64,000 nt of DNA from Candidatus Bathyarchaeota archaeon (GCA_963717465.1 OY970340.1:2912001-2976000), one strand, 5' to 3'; shown: positions 9,479 through 20,266, counted from the stretch's first letter. The notes: a model not told the origin generated them from the sequence alone. Translations and numbers: made by a program.

Positions 9479-10815
9479 ATTTTAAAGTGGTTTCTTGTGG
9501 AAGTGTAATTGGCGATAATTCGCCTGCAATGTTAGTTTTTAAAAGCTTTTTTACTTCCTTCGAATCAGCGGTTTGACCAAGGGCCCACATTAATTTTACA
9601 AGTCCTGTTTCTGGGAACATGTCATCCATCGGGATTACGCCAAGTGCTAATAAGTCTCGGCCTGTATCGTAAACGTTCATGTTTACTCGTCCCCAAATGC
9701 ACTGTGAAGCCAACGCCACGACAACGTCATGTTCCCCAGCATTTTTAATCGCGCTAAAGCAGAATTTGCTTACATGACCTAATCCTGAGCCTTCAAGCAG
9801 GATGCCTTTGAATCCTTTGTCGACGTACCAGTCGATTATTGAGGGATCAAGTCCAGGGTAAAACTTTATTAACGCAACTTTTTCGCAAAAGTCCGGTTTA
9901 AGAACAAGTTTCTTGTTTGGGTCTCGATGTTGGTATTGACTGGTTAGCATGGTTATTTTTTGATTTTGTACTCTTGCGATTGGAAAACTATTGATTGATT
10001 TGAAGGTGTCCCTTCGGCTTGTGTGGCATTTACGAACTCTTGTTCCCCTATGCATAACGATTGATGTGTCAGAAATTGATTCATGCATTGCTAATGCAAC
10101 TTCTGCGAATGGTGCTTCACCTGCAGCTTTGACTGCTCCAATCAGGTTTGTTGCTGCATCGCTGCTTGGTCTGTCAGATGAGCGCTGAGCACCCACAACG
10201 ATTACTGGAATAGGTAGGTTTTGAAGGGCAAAACTTAGTGCTGCTGCCGTGTACGCCATTGTATCTGTACCGTGAGCGATAACTATGCCATCCGTTTCGC
10301 TATCTATGTGGTTTGCTACAGTTTGGGCGAGTTCTGTCCAGTGTTTCTGAGTTATGTTTTCACTGTATAAGCTGAAAACAATTTTTGTGTCTACGCGTGA
10401 AATATCCGATAATTCTGGAACCACGCCGTAAAGGTCACTTGCTGAAATGGCAGATCGTACAGCTCCAGTTCTGTAATCCACACGACTGGCGATGGTTCCA
10501 CCTGTACTCATTATTACAACATGAGACAAAGCCGGATTTTGCTTAGGCAAAGGCGGTGAAGCGAAGGCTGGTTTAGTCCCTTTTCCGACTTTTTCAATCT
10601 TAACACCTGCTGTTACGTGAATTCCAATGTTGTAGCCACTTTTCATCTTAATTATAACATGATCTGCTTCACCCAATTCAGGAGCGGGGAATAAGAATGC
10701 CTTCGTAGACTCTGTCTTTGCTTGTTATTTTTAAGATGTCTCCAACTTCGCATTCAGCCCGTTTTAAGGCTTCTAAGACCTCACCCTTATACCCCGAATT
10801 TTCAATTTCGCTCAT
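9450..10815 (-). CDS. gatD: Glu-tRNA(Gln) amidotransferase subunit D; frameshift near 10681
   Basis: STGGTIASRVDYRTGAV and HGTDTMAY. The N-terminus MSEIENSGYKGE...EGILIPRS (ATG 10815) joins after removing one C. Confidence 0.96.
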
Positions 10816-10832
10816 TATTTTTAGTTCTCCAG

Positions 10833-12426
10833 TCAGTTCAACTTTTTTGAGACGTAAACTCCATCGCGCAAGTAACCCAAATGCATGTAGTATCTTTTTG
10901 TGCCTAACGCACTTATAACAAACAGCTTTTTTAAACCATACGCTTCTCGGGCAACCCGTTCAGCCTCTTCCAACAAGGTTTTGCCATAGCCCTTATGCTG
11001 CCAGGCACCGTCAACACGTTTACCGACAGGCACTAAGGACCCATAAACATGCAGTTCTCTAACAATACCTAAGGGGACAGGTGACAGTTCAGGCCTGTAG
11101 ACCTTAGCTGAAGGCAAACGTAACCGTAAATAACCTAGCTAAAACATTGTTTTCGTGGTCTTCCGCGGAAATGAAGATTTCCTTGCCTTCTGAGGCGTCA
11201 TAAGTTAGGGTTGAAATTTTGATGTTTCCCAAGTCAGGCTTTACATGGTCGATTGCCATTCGGTGTCCAACTTCTCTGCAGCGAATACAATTGCATCTAA
11301 TATGCTCCTTGGAGAGTTTTTCGTTGACGAGTTGGCGAAGGTTACTTTTGTTTACACCTGCCAGAATTAACCGTGCAGGTATATCGCGTTGAACTCGCAT
11401 CACTCTAACCCACGGTGGCAAAGTTTTTTTAATTTCAGCAATTACGTCTACGGCTTCGCTTGTCGTATAAGGTGTATAGGTTCCCTTTTGGTACCAATCG
11501 TAAGCTTTTGTGCCTGCTATAGTTAAGCAGGGATAGATTTTTATCATGTCTGGCTTGAACGCTGGGTCAGAAAAAACCTTTCTGAACACTTCAAGATCTT
11601 TTTTCTGGTCGGATCCGGGCATTCCAGGCATTAAGTGGTACACAATTTTCAACCCGGCATCCTTAGCGATTTGTGTGGCTTCTGTAACGTCTGCTACGGT
11701 GTGTTTTCTACCGACTAACCGGTATATTGCGTCATCAGGATTTTGTACGCCAAGCTCCAAACGTGTAACACCCATATCAAGCAGAGAGTTGACGTGGGAT
11801 TGTTTTGCCCAATCGGGGCGTGTTTCGACCGTTATGCCAACGTTTCGAATGTTGCTTGTTTCAGCGTTGGTTTTTGCTTCTTGCAAGTTTGATGAAGAGA
11901 TACCGGTGATTGCATCTAAACAACGTTGAATAAACCATGTTTGATATTCGAGTTCAGTGGATGGGAAGGTGCCGCCCATTATGATTAATTCTATTTTGTC
12001 GACTTTATGTCCGATTGCTGTTAATTGTTCGATGCGGCTTTTAACCTGATTGTAGGGGTCGTAATTGTTTTGGCTTCCGCGCATGGCTGCTGGTTCATGT
12101 CCAGTGTAACTTTGTGGAACGCCCATTGCTGGTCCACCTGGACAGTAAGCACACGGCTCAGGCTGTGGACAAGCGTGCGGTTTAGTCATTACGGCAACCA
12201 CTGTCACGCCTGAAATTGTCCGAGTTATCTTTCGCTTAAGCGCATGCAATAATTTGGGGTTTTCTTCAGGGGTTAAACTGCTAATTAAATCCGCGTTGGA
12301 GGGAATTTCTGCAAGATGATATTTTGATGCAACTTGAAGTTTAATTCGGTTTACATCATCATGAGTGGGGGAAGGTAAAAGAAGAAGGGCAGTTATGATT
12401 TCACGAATAGGAACTTCAATACTCAA
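10833..12426 (-). CDS. elp3: Elp3 tRNA uridine(34) acetyltransferase (radical SAM + GNAT); frameshift near 11138
   Basis: CPQPEPCAYCPGG and ETRPD. C-terminal GYLRLR...VRELHVYG...WQHKGYG is in the other frame. Confidence 0.95.
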
Positions 12427-12512
12427 TTACAAGTACCAAACTATTTCTTGCAAGCTGATAAATAAACTACTCTGGCGAATAGTGAAATTTAGCTTGGAAA
12501 ATTTTGGTTCGT

Positions 12513-12674
12513 TTACATCCAATTTTGCCCTGGTTTCCGCTGCAGAAGAACACGTTTTTCATAGTTACGTCTGCTTCGGTTTCTTGGGCTTGGAGATTTT
12601 TTCGGCTGCGCCTGTATTTTCGGCGTTTGAGACCTGACTTTTCCAGCTTTAGACAGTGAACCGTGAGTTGGCAT
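12513..12674 (-). CDS. rps30e: 30S ribosomal protein S30e
   Basis: Own translation: [53 protein letters not shown] (below the ORF-track cutoff). Confidence 0.95.
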   Translation of the reverse strand: MPTHGSLSKAGKVRSQTPKIQAQPKKSPSPRNRSRRNYEKRVLLQRKPGQNWM

Positions 12675-12948
12675 ACTTACACCTTTTGTGTGTTAAAAAA
12701 CATAAAGCGTGCTCTTAAACCTTGCCCATTAAACTATCTTTTCAACGTTAGTTATCTCAAACAGGTTATGGCCACAAATAGCTCAATGCTTGCATATTCA
12801 TGGAAGCCCAAGCTTTCGCATTATTAAAATGTCTAAGTCTGTTTCAATTGATAAATTTCTCTGAACACACTTTGAATATTAAAATCAGTTCTGCAATTAA
12901 GTATTTTAATGCAAATTGTAGATTTCTTTCTTTTAAAAATTTTGCCAA

Positions 12949-12963
12949 TAGAATAATGTTTCA
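12949..12963. promoter_or_regulatory. Palindromic operator copy 1 (TAGAATAATGTTTCA), upstream of TATA-like TATTTAAA at 12970
   Basis: 14/15 match to TRGAAYAWTRTTCYA, shared by four promoters in the island. Confidence 0.7.
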
Positions 12964-13036
12964 TGCACCTATTTAAACGAGCGTTCGGAAGGTAGTTATT
13001 AGTTTTAAAAATTAAAAAGGAGAAGGGAAAATAAAA

Positions 13037-13486
13037 ATGAAGAACTATTACAGAAAATTCCGCAAGAACATGAAAGCAATCTCACCAATAATTTCGACAC
13101 TACTATTAATCGCAATCGCAGTCGTAGCGGCACTAGTGACTTATGCATGGGTTATGGGGTACATTGGCTTCCAGACAAGCAAATCTGGTGATTCAATACA
13201 AATACAAAGTGTAACAGATAATAATTCAACTGGTGTGCTAACTGTCTATGTGCAGAATACTGGTCAGGCGTCAGAAACTTTCAATAGCGCCAGTCTTTAC
13301 GTTAACGGCACACAAATGGCAATATCTTCAGGCACAGGTTCAATCAGTCCTGGTGGTACTGTGACACTTGTGGCAAATGTGCCCAGTGGTGTAACTGGTG
13401 TAACTATTGTGAGCGGTGCTCAGGCGACGATAAAGGTAACCGCAACTGATGGAACATATAATCAAGCAACAGAGACTTTGCCGTAA
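13037..13486 (+). CDS. Archaeal type IV pilin (probable major pilin)
   Basis: Class III signal KA|ISPIISTLLLIAIAVVAALVTYAW; first gene before the ATPase; followed by a T-tract. Confidence 0.9.
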   Translation: MKNYYRKFRKNMKAISPIISTLLLIAIAVVAALVTYAWVMGYIGFQTSKSGDSIQIQSVTDNNSTGVLTVYVQNTGQASETFNSASLYVNGTQMAISSGTGSISPGGTVTLVANVPSGVTGVTIVSGAQATIKVTATDGTYNQATETLP

Positions 13487-13494
13487 GAAAATGA

Positions 13495-15213
13495 TTGCTC
13501 AAAAACCTTTTTTTCCCTATTTTTGACTTAAATATAGTGTTTAATTGGTTTGGATGTTCAATATGGTATCTAACAAGCAGACTAGGAAAGCTCTTCAATC
13601 GAAAGAAACCCGCAGATACTTCATTGGATAGCGTTGATAGCAGTAGCAAGGGTGAGAAAAATGTTCTTTCCTCAAGTTTAGAAGGTCAAATTGCCGAGTC
13701 TGAACTATCTGTGACTAAAAATCCTGCTTCGATCGATAATGACACAGTTTTGGAAAGCTATTCTCTTAACGGTCCTTACGCTATCGTAAATATCATAAGG
13801 GATCCAGTCAGGGGCACCGTGACTTATACGGTTAAAGAGCCAGAACTCAGCAAAAGCGATGTTGCGAATCTTCAGCGTTTGAAAGGAATTCTTAATGAAA
13901 TATTACAGCTTAAGCAGTCCGAGCTGGAGTCAAAACAAGCTGCTGGAGAATACCTGGTTAAAAAATGTAATGAGGTTCTTGATAATTACCGTTTCAATTT
14001 AAGCAGTAAAACTCGAAGTAAACTGCTTTATTATATTGTCAGGGACAATCTTGGTTTTGGAAAAATCGATGCATTAATGCACGATCCACTAATTGAAGAT
14101 ATATCCTGCGATGGAGTTAATGTGCCGATGTTTATTTGGCACAGAAAATTTGAGTCCATTCCGACCAATATCTACTTTAAAGACTCAGATGAACTTGACA
14201 CTTACGCTTTAAGGCTTGCTTACCAATGCGGCAGTCACGTTTCGATTGCACAACCTTTACTTGACGCAAGCCTACCTGACGGCAGCAGAATAAACTTAAC
14301 GTATGGAAGCGAAGTAACTCGCAAAGGTTCAACTTTCACCATCAGAAAGTTCAAACTGGACCCCTTCACAATTACAGACCTGATAACTTTCAAGTCAATA
14401 TCGCCTCAGTTAGCTGCATTCTTATGGTACGCAGTAGAAAACCGAGTTTCCATTCTGGTAGCAGGGGGAATAGCCTCAGGAAAGACCACTCTACTCAACT
14501 GTCTAAGCATGTTCATAAAACCCGACCTAAAAATAGTATCAATTGAAGACACGCCAGAGATTAATCTTCCTCATGAAAACTGGATTCCCGCTGTAACCAG
14601 AACACATTTTGGTCTCGCGACAGAAAATGCCGATATTTCATTATTCGATCTGCTAAAAGCTTCACTGCGGCAGAGACCAGACTATATAATTGTGGGTGAA
14701 ATCAGAGGAACAGAAGCTTACACGCTATTTCAAGCGGTCAGTACCGGACACTTAGGAATGTCTACGGTACATGCAGAATCAGTGGAATCAACCGTGTACC
14801 GGTTGGAGTCAGCTCCCATGAACATCCCTCGAACTCTTATCGCAGGGATTGATATTATTCTTATTCAAAAAAGGCTAGAAATAAACGGTAAATCAACGAG
14901 GAAAACTGTAGCTGCCTCTGAAATAGTAGGCTTGGATCCTCGATCTGGAGAAATTCTCACAAACGAAGTCTACAGATGGAATGCGGCTGAGGATGCTTTT
15001 GATTATACGGGCCGAAGTTATATCTTGGAAAAGATTTCTGAAAAGTTAGGCATTTCTCCTGAGAAAGCTGTGGAAGAAATTGATCGCAGGGCAAAGGTTA
15101 TTGAATGGATGGTAAGGAGGAATCTTCGCAACTACAAAGATGTTTCAAACATAATAAGAAGTTACCTTGAAAACCCAGCGCCTTTATTAGCGGAGGCTTT
15201 GAAAGACGAATAA
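13495..15213 (+). CDS. Type IV pilus assembly ATPase (TadA/VirB11/FlaI family); start uncertain
   Basis: IEDISCDG, GGIASGKTT, SIEDTPE, LRQRPDYIIVGEIRG, TGHLGMSTVHA. Confidence 0.95.
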   Translation: MLKNLFFPIFDLNIVFNWFGCSIWYLTSRLGKLFNRKKPADTSLDSVDSSSKGEKNVLSSSLEGQIAESELSVTKNPASIDNDTVLESYSLNGPYAIVNIIRDPVRGTVTYTVKEPELSKSDVANLQRLKGILNEILQLKQSELESKQAAGEYLVKKCNEVLDNYRFNLSSKTRSKLLYYIVRDNLGFGKIDALMHDPLIEDISCDGVNVPMFIWHRKFESIPTNIYFKDSDELDTYALRLAYQCGSHVSIAQPLLDASLPDGSRINLTYGSEVTRKGSTFTIRKFKLDPFTITDLITFKSISPQLAAFLWYAVENRVSILVAGGIASGKTTLLNCLSMFIKPDLKIVSIEDTPEINLPHENWIPAVTRTHFGLATENADISLFDLLKASLRQRPDYIIVGEIRGTEAYTLFQAVSTGHLGMSTVHAESVESTVYRLESAPMNIPRTLIAGIDIILIQKRLEINGKSTRKTVAASEIVGLDPRSGEILTNEVYRWNAAEDAFDYTGRSYILEKISEKLGISPEKAVEEIDRRAKVIEWMVRRNLRNYKDVSNIIRSYLENPAPLLAEALKDE

Positions 15214-15217
15214 ACAG

Positions 15218-16066
15218 TTGCTTTCTGTGTTTCTGCGAATAACTGAAGTGATGCCTAAAAAGATTGTTTCTGGGTTTGAATCCATTAAGATTGACTTAGC
15301 AAGAGCAAATTTGACAATTACGTATGAAGCATATTTGGGTCTAACTTTTTTCATGTCAATTGTTTCTGCAATAGTTATCTCATCAGTCTTCGTAATTTTA
15401 ACAGCTTCTGTTTTCTGGTCAGTTTTAATCGGTTTATTAGTCCTTCTCTGTTCCTTTAGTGTCTGTTACGCTTATCCTTATCTCAGCATCTCTTCAAAAA
15501 CCAGAAAAATAGATGCAAGCCTTCCGTTAACCGCAAACTTTATGGCGGTACTAGCTAGCTCGGGTATGCCTCCAGAGCGTATTTTTCGCTCGTTAGCCAA
15601 AGTTGGAGATGAATTTGGAGTAGGTGAAGAAGCCCGCAGAATAATTGGCGATATTGAGTTGCTCGGTCTTGATTTGAATGCTGCAATTAGAAGAGGTTCA
15701 ATAAGGTCAGCGTCTAAAAAGTTCGCCTCCATGCTCGATGGTGTTATCACTACTGCTCATATGGGTGGAGACTTAGCTGGTTATCTCAGGGAAGAGTCTG
15801 AAAAGTACAAGAAAGCAAGAGTTGCATCTATGAAAGGATATATTGATAGTCTGGGCGGCATGGCTGAAATCTACGTGACCCTTATGATCGCTCTTCCGCT
15901 TGCATTAGTCGTTATGCTTTCAATAATGTCGTTTCTTGGTGGCGGCGCCTCGATGTTGGGAAACATTGACCCGCAAACGTTACTGTTAATGGTTGCCTTT
16001 CTCATTACGCCTGCAGGCGCAGCTATTCTCCTATTAATAGTTGATTCGATGGCTCCTCCGAGGTAA
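15218..16066 (+). CDS. TadC/T2SS-F membrane platform protein
   Basis: TM helices; FMAVLASSGM...LLGLD...GGDLAGYL. Confidence 0.9.
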   Translation: MLSVFLRITEVMPKKIVSGFESIKIDLARANLTITYEAYLGLTFFMSIVSAIVISSVFVILTASVFWSVLIGLLVLLCSFSVCYAYPYLSISSKTRKIDASLPLTANFMAVLASSGMPPERIFRSLAKVGDEFGVGEEARRIIGDIELLGLDLNAAIRRGSIRSASKKFASMLDGVITTAHMGGDLAGYLREESEKYKKARVASMKGYIDSLGGMAEIYVTLMIALPLALVVMLSIMSFLGGGASMLGNIDPQTLLLMVAFLITPAGAAILLLIVDSMAPPR

Positions 16067-16071
16067 AACAA

Positions 16072-16920
16072 ATGCACCAAGTATCTGCAAAGAAAAGAGA
16101 AATAGCCGCTGCTGCATCCGTACTATCTATCGTTGTAGCAATTATCGTTCTGGGAATAATTGACAGCAGCATTCTAATGGTTTATGACAATGAACTATTC
16201 TTAGTAGCTATCCTAGTAATAATTACGCCATCAGCAATACTAGATATTGAAAATCAACGATGGGTATCAGCAATTGAGGATCAATTGCCCACTCTTGTAC
16301 GCGGCGTTTCTGAGTCGCAGGAGACTGGATTAACCTTAGTTAAAGCTTTTGAAAAAGTTGTTGACGATAAAATGATTGGGCACCCATTGTCCGATGAAGT
16401 TAAGAAACTGACGATTCAAATGTCTTGGGGTACATCTTTTGAGCAAGCCCTGACAAACTTTAAGGAACGCATCAAATCGCCTATAGTTAACAGGTTCTGT
16501 GCCTTGGTTCTTGAGGCAAGTCGCTCAGGAGGAACTATTAAGAAAGTTTTCAAGGAAACATCGGGTTTCATGGAAGAAATGAAGGACATGGACAAGGAAG
16601 CGAGTGCACAGATGAAACCTTACATAATAATAATTTATGCTTCCTTTGCAGTTTTTGCAGTCGTAGCAATTTTGCTTGTAAATTCTTTCTTAGGCCCCAT
16701 GCAAGGTGCTCAACAAATAATGAGCCAGTCTTCAATCGGCAGCACAAATAGTTTGAAAGACTTTTTCTACAAGGATATGTTTGTTTCAGCTATTACTGGC
16801 GGGTTGATGGCTGGGAAACTCGGGGAACGTCGAGCTGCTGGAGGCTTTAAGCACGCAATTATTCTTAGTGTAGTTGGTTACGTGCTATTCTTCTTTACAA
16901 TATCGCCAGTTTGGAAGTGA
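16072..16920 (+). CDS. Second TadC/T2SS-F membrane platform protein
   Basis: IEDQLP...ETGLTL...MSWGTSF...ASRSGG...GGFKH. Confidence 0.9.
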   Translation: MHQVSAKKREIAAAASVLSIVVAIIVLGIIDSSILMVYDNELFLVAILVIITPSAILDIENQRWVSAIEDQLPTLVRGVSESQETGLTLVKAFEKVVDDKMIGHPLSDEVKKLTIQMSWGTSFEQALTNFKERIKSPIVNRFCALVLEASRSGGTIKKVFKETSGFMEEMKDMDKEASAQMKPYIIIIYASFAVFAVVAILLVNSFLGPMQGAQQIMSQSSIGSTNSLKDFFYKDMFVSAITGGLMAGKLGERRAAGGFKHAIILSVVGYVLFFFTISPVWK

Positions 16921-16924
16921 AAAA

Positions 16925-17377
16925 ATGAAAAGACTTTGGAGCAACAAAAGCGGCATATCAGTAGTCATTTCATCCATCTTGATGATATTAATTACTGTTG
17001 TCGGCATGGGCATAGTCTTTGCTTTCGTCGCTGGATACTGCTCCACTTATCAGACTGGAGTAGGCAGCTCAGTGATGGAATCGCTGACTGTTGAAGATAT
17101 TTGGCTTCAAGGAAATAATGGTGCCTATAACAATACTGCAGTTATAGCAATTTATAATTCTGGAAACATTGATACAACTATTAACGGCATTTACGTCAAT
17201 GGAAATGCTACATATGTAACTGGGACGAATTTTAATCTCAACATTAACGTACCAGTTGGGCAGCACGTAATTGTCACAGTGCAAGGTCCAGTGCCTTGGC
17301 AGTCTTACGATCGATATGATTTTAAAGTTTCAACTACAAGGGGGTCGGTTTTTGATCAATCTATTTCAGCTTCGTAA
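16925..17377 (+). CDS. Minor type IV pilin
   Basis: Start ATG 16925: MKRLWSNKSG|ISVVISSILMILITV; ESLTVED, IYNSG and C-terminal VSTTRGS. Confidence 0.85.
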   Translation: MKRLWSNKSGISVVISSILMILITVVGMGIVFAFVAGYCSTYQTGVGSSVMESLTVEDIWLQGNNGAYNNTAVIAIYNSGNIDTTINGIYVNGNATYVTGTNFNLNINVPVGQHVIVTVQGPVPWQSYDRYDFKVSTTRGSVFDQSISAS

Positions 17378-17387
17378 AGGTGAGTTC

Positions 17388-17810
17388 ATGTTGAAATTTA
17401 TTAAGAATAAAAAAGGTGTAGCTGAAGTAATTGGTACAATAATGGCGATACTCATATTACTGTTCTTTTTCGCGAATGTTTATTTGTTTAATGATGTGGC
17501 TACGAAGCAAATGGATTCAATGTACAATCAGAAAATGAATTCGCTAATTACTGTTAGCTTGTCACCTGATAATTCAAGTTTAATTGTGACAAATACGGGC
17601 GGAGAAGACACTGCGCTTACAATGCTGTGGCTGGATAGCGGCAGTGGCCCGAACCAGATTCATGCGAACTACGCTCTCAGCAGTACGCTATATGTAGTGC
17701 CGGCTGGTCAGAACATAACTATACCTTCATATTATAATGCCACTTTGGGACCGACTACTTTCAAGGTTATAACAACTCTTGGAAATTCAGCATCTTGCTC
17801 TATACAATGA
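17388..17810 (+). CDS. Minor type IV pilin-like protein
   Basis: Start ATG 17388: MLKFIKNKKG|VAEVIGTIMAILI; C-terminal KVITTLGN. Confidence 0.8.
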   Translation: MLKFIKNKKGVAEVIGTIMAILILLFFFANVYLFNDVATKQMDSMYNQKMNSLITVSLSPDNSSLIVTNTGGEDTALTMLWLDSGSGPNQIHANYALSSTLYVVPAGQNITIPSYYNATLGPTTFKVITTLGNSASCSIQ

Positions 17811-17909
17811 ATATTTTGATTAGAGCTTCCGGCCTTGCTTCTTCTGATCGGCGGTCGGTGAAAGGTTAGTGGTTTTGGTGCCGGAAAAAGTGCAAAATCG
17901 CATTTTATA

Positions 17910-17953
17910 AAAATCTCGGAAAACCCACGAATAGCATGGAAAATCTCGGAAAA
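17910..17953. repeat. Direct repeat AAAATCTCGGAAAA x2, 30-bp period
   Basis: Copies at 17910-17923 and 17940-17953. Confidence 0.85.
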
Positions 17954-18013
17954 GCCAGAATACTCTTGGATGATAATGATGGTTAATGAAGGCAACTGTT
18001 TCTTCGGTTCTCT

Positions 18014-18239
18014 GGTTTAACTTTGGGTTTAACTTTTTAGTTGTCTGTTCAATTTTTGATTCAACTTTTTTCTTGGTTCAACTTTAGGTTAACTCTATCG
18101 CTACCGTTAATCGATAACTTAGTTCAAAGGAACCAAAATGAACCGAAAAGAGATTACTGGAGTTGACTGTTAATCGCTTAGGTGACAATCAAGAAATCAA
18201 CTGCCTTTGGTGACCTTGGTTCAACTGTGGTTTAACTTT
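18014..18239. repeat. Array of 11-bp GGTTYAACTTT-like direct repeats
   Basis: Copies at 18014, 18026, 18046, 18058, 18075, 18086, 18218 and 18229, in a convergent intergenic region. Confidence 0.8.
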
Positions 18240-18391
18240 ATCCAGGAATAAATTAAATTAATTTGGATAGGCAGATTAAACGTTTGATGCCGCCTAGAAG
18301 TCTGGGCGGTCAAGTTCAATTGGTCAAAAGTAAATTTTGAACAAATGAAGAATGGAAACTCGCTTTATTCTAATTCGTCCATTTTTTAGTT

Positions 18392-18850
18392 TTAGTTTGT
18401 CCATGTTAGATAACTAGTATAGGATTCTAACGCTTGCCCAGTGTATGGAAACTGGAGGTTTATTGTTTCGAATGCTCCTGCATTAAGGGAATTAATGGTT
18501 GCATTAGTATCCAGAGCGGTTATGTTTCCATCTTGAAGAGCTTTAACGTTGACTTTGCAGTTATTTGCTGTAATGCTCCCAACGTTAACTACATAACCAG
18601 TTATTTGGAGAAAAGGCGAATTTGTATTTGAGCGGTTGTCGGTGTACTGGAAACCAATGCTTTCGAGATTGGGTTCAGTTAATTGTTTTTGGAGGCTGAC
18701 TATTTGGTTATTTTTGTCGTTTAGAATGCTGTTTTGTTGTGTGTATAGGATTGATAAAGCGCTTAATGCCACTAAGACAATTATGACGAGTGCCGAAAGG
18801 ATAACAACTATGCTGCTTGAATGCTTAGATTGCTCACCCATTTCTATCAA
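18392..18850 (-). CDS. Membrane-anchored surface protein (TM, short coil, Ig/CARDB-like domain)
   Basis: N-terminal TM; LQITGYVVNVGS..A.N. Confidence 0.7.
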   Translation of the reverse strand: MIEMGEQSKHSSSIVVILSALVIIVLVALSALSILYTQQNSILNDKNNQIVSLQKQLTEPNLESIGFQYTDNRSNTNSPFLQITGYVVNVGSITANNCKVNVKALQDGNITALDTNATINSLNAGAFETINLQFPYTGQALESYTSYLTWTN

Positions 18851-18922
18851 CCTGAAGGAGTATTGTTCTGACGAATTATATACATTTACGTAAATAATTT
18901 TGATGCTGAAACAATCAGCAAG

Positions 18923-20098
18923 TTATTTTATTTTAGAGTAACGTTCTCTAATGTGAATTTTTGTTGGTCTGATAATGTTTAAGCCGTTGATTATCCATTC
19001 GCCGGCGCCTAGACTTGGTAATTGTTGGTTGCTTCCTAAAATCATGTTCTGAAGATAGGCTATATCTTGAGGGTCAATGGTTCTTCCGATTATTTGTGTC
19101 TGTAACTGTGATAATATTTTACCGCCAAGCAAGGTTGGATGAGACGTAAGAAGAATTACTCCAAAGCATCCTTTCGCTTCAAGAACTTCCTCAATTGCTT
19201 GTGGCGAAACATTTTCTGCATTTTCTACAATCAGCACTTTTGGCGAAACGGCATTGCCTCGTTTATCATTGATTAATGCGCTTAAAAGATTTGTATAAGA
19301 CTTTGATTTTTCTGCCAGTAATGAATTCTCTGTTGTTAATATGGCAACTTGCCGCTGTTCGATTTTCTTTAATATTTCTGCACTATTTTTTGAGGCCTCA
19401 ATATTAACTGTTACCGTTAAAAAATCGAATGGGTAGCCTCGTCTTTGATTTGCAGCCGTACCAACTGTTGTATATTCACTGTTTGCGTCAAGAATTATTA
19501 CTTGCTGATCTGTCTTATTTGCAAGCTCCTCAACGATGACAGCGGCTGTATGAGTTTTTCCCACGCCGTCAACTGCTGAAATCAAGACGTTTTTGCTAGT
19601 GGCATCAGCGGCGTCCAGATGAAAGCTTACTTGCTGATTACTCGCTTCAGTTGAGGCACCGGTAAAGTCTGTATTCCCTAAATAAATCGGGGTTTTATGA
19701 GGTTTTCCCCCGTTTCCCCTGTTAAACACGTCTTCTAAAAATTTTGTGTAGGGTACGTATACGCGGCTTCCCGGGTTGGGTGGTGTAAGCAGCTTTTTCA
19801 GTGGCCTAGGCTCATTTCTTAAGTCAAAGTAGCCTATTATTTGAGCCGTTGCGTGGAGTCTGCCTACTCGTTCGCCGATTGTCGAGCCAGCAACTTCTTC
19901 ATAACTGGTTATGTCTTTTACTTCAGCGATAACTTGGCAGGAATCGCCGTTTTTTGGGTGATCAAGGCAAATGATGTCTTCTTTTTGGATGCTTTCGCGA
20001 TTTTTGGGAGGACTGATTAGAAAGCTAAACTGGTTTGTGCTGGTATCATTAGTAACTAGCCCAAAATGTTCTTTTATCCGCACATTTGAAAGATCCAT
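18923..20098 (-). CDS. HerA/DUF87-like protein (HAS barrel + P-loop) with degenerate motifs
   Basis: HAS-like N-terminus ending PPNPGSRVY; AVDGVGKT; ILDANSEY; Walker B-like IVENAEN; LPSLGAGEWII. Confidence 0.75.
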   Translation of the reverse strand: MDLSNVRIKEHFGLVTNDTSTNQFSFLISPPKNRESIQKEDIICLDHPKNGDSCQVIAEVKDITSYEEVAGSTIGERVGRLHATAQIIGYFDLRNEPRPLKKLLTPPNPGSRVYVPYTKFLEDVFNRGNGGKPHKTPIYLGNTDFTGASTEASNQQVSFHLDAADATSKNVLISAVDGVGKTHTAAVIVEELANKTDQQVIILDANSEYTTVGTAANQRRGYPFDFLTVTVNIEASKNSAEILKKIEQRQVAILTTENSLLAEKSKSYTNLLSALINDKRGNAVSPKVLIVENAENVSPQAIEEVLEAKGCFGVILLTSHPTLLGGKILSQLQTQIIGRTIDPQDIAYLQNMILGSNQQLPSLGAGEWIINGLNIIRPTKIHIRERYSKIK

Positions 20099-20251
20099 GG
20101 GAACTGTACCTCAAGATTTAACTTAATTTATTATTTAATATCAGGATTTTAATTTATCGCATGTGTGCGCTTGTTTGCTACCGTTATTCTCGGATGATAA
20201 TCACTTATGTTTTGTATTTTGCACTTACCTTTTTGCTTAGTTCGGCAATTA

Positions 20252-20266
20252 TAGAACATTACTCCA
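20252..20266. promoter_or_regulatory. Palindromic operator copy 2 (TAGAACATTACTCCA), upstream of TTATATA at 20274
   Basis: 14/15 match to the consensus. Confidence 0.7.

Noticed and set aside
10678..10680. TGA in gatD as selenocysteine or readthrough, given the SelB-like gene
   Set aside because: The downstream sequence continues in a different frame, so this is an indel rather than an in-frame stop
13037..17810. Archaellum operon
   Set aside because: No FlaF/FlaG or FlaC/D/E recognised, two short TadC-like genes instead of one FlaJ, and subunits look like pilins
18014..18239. CRISPR array
   Set aside because: Repeats are only 11 bp with irregular 0-9 bp gaps, no spacer-sized unique units and no cas genes
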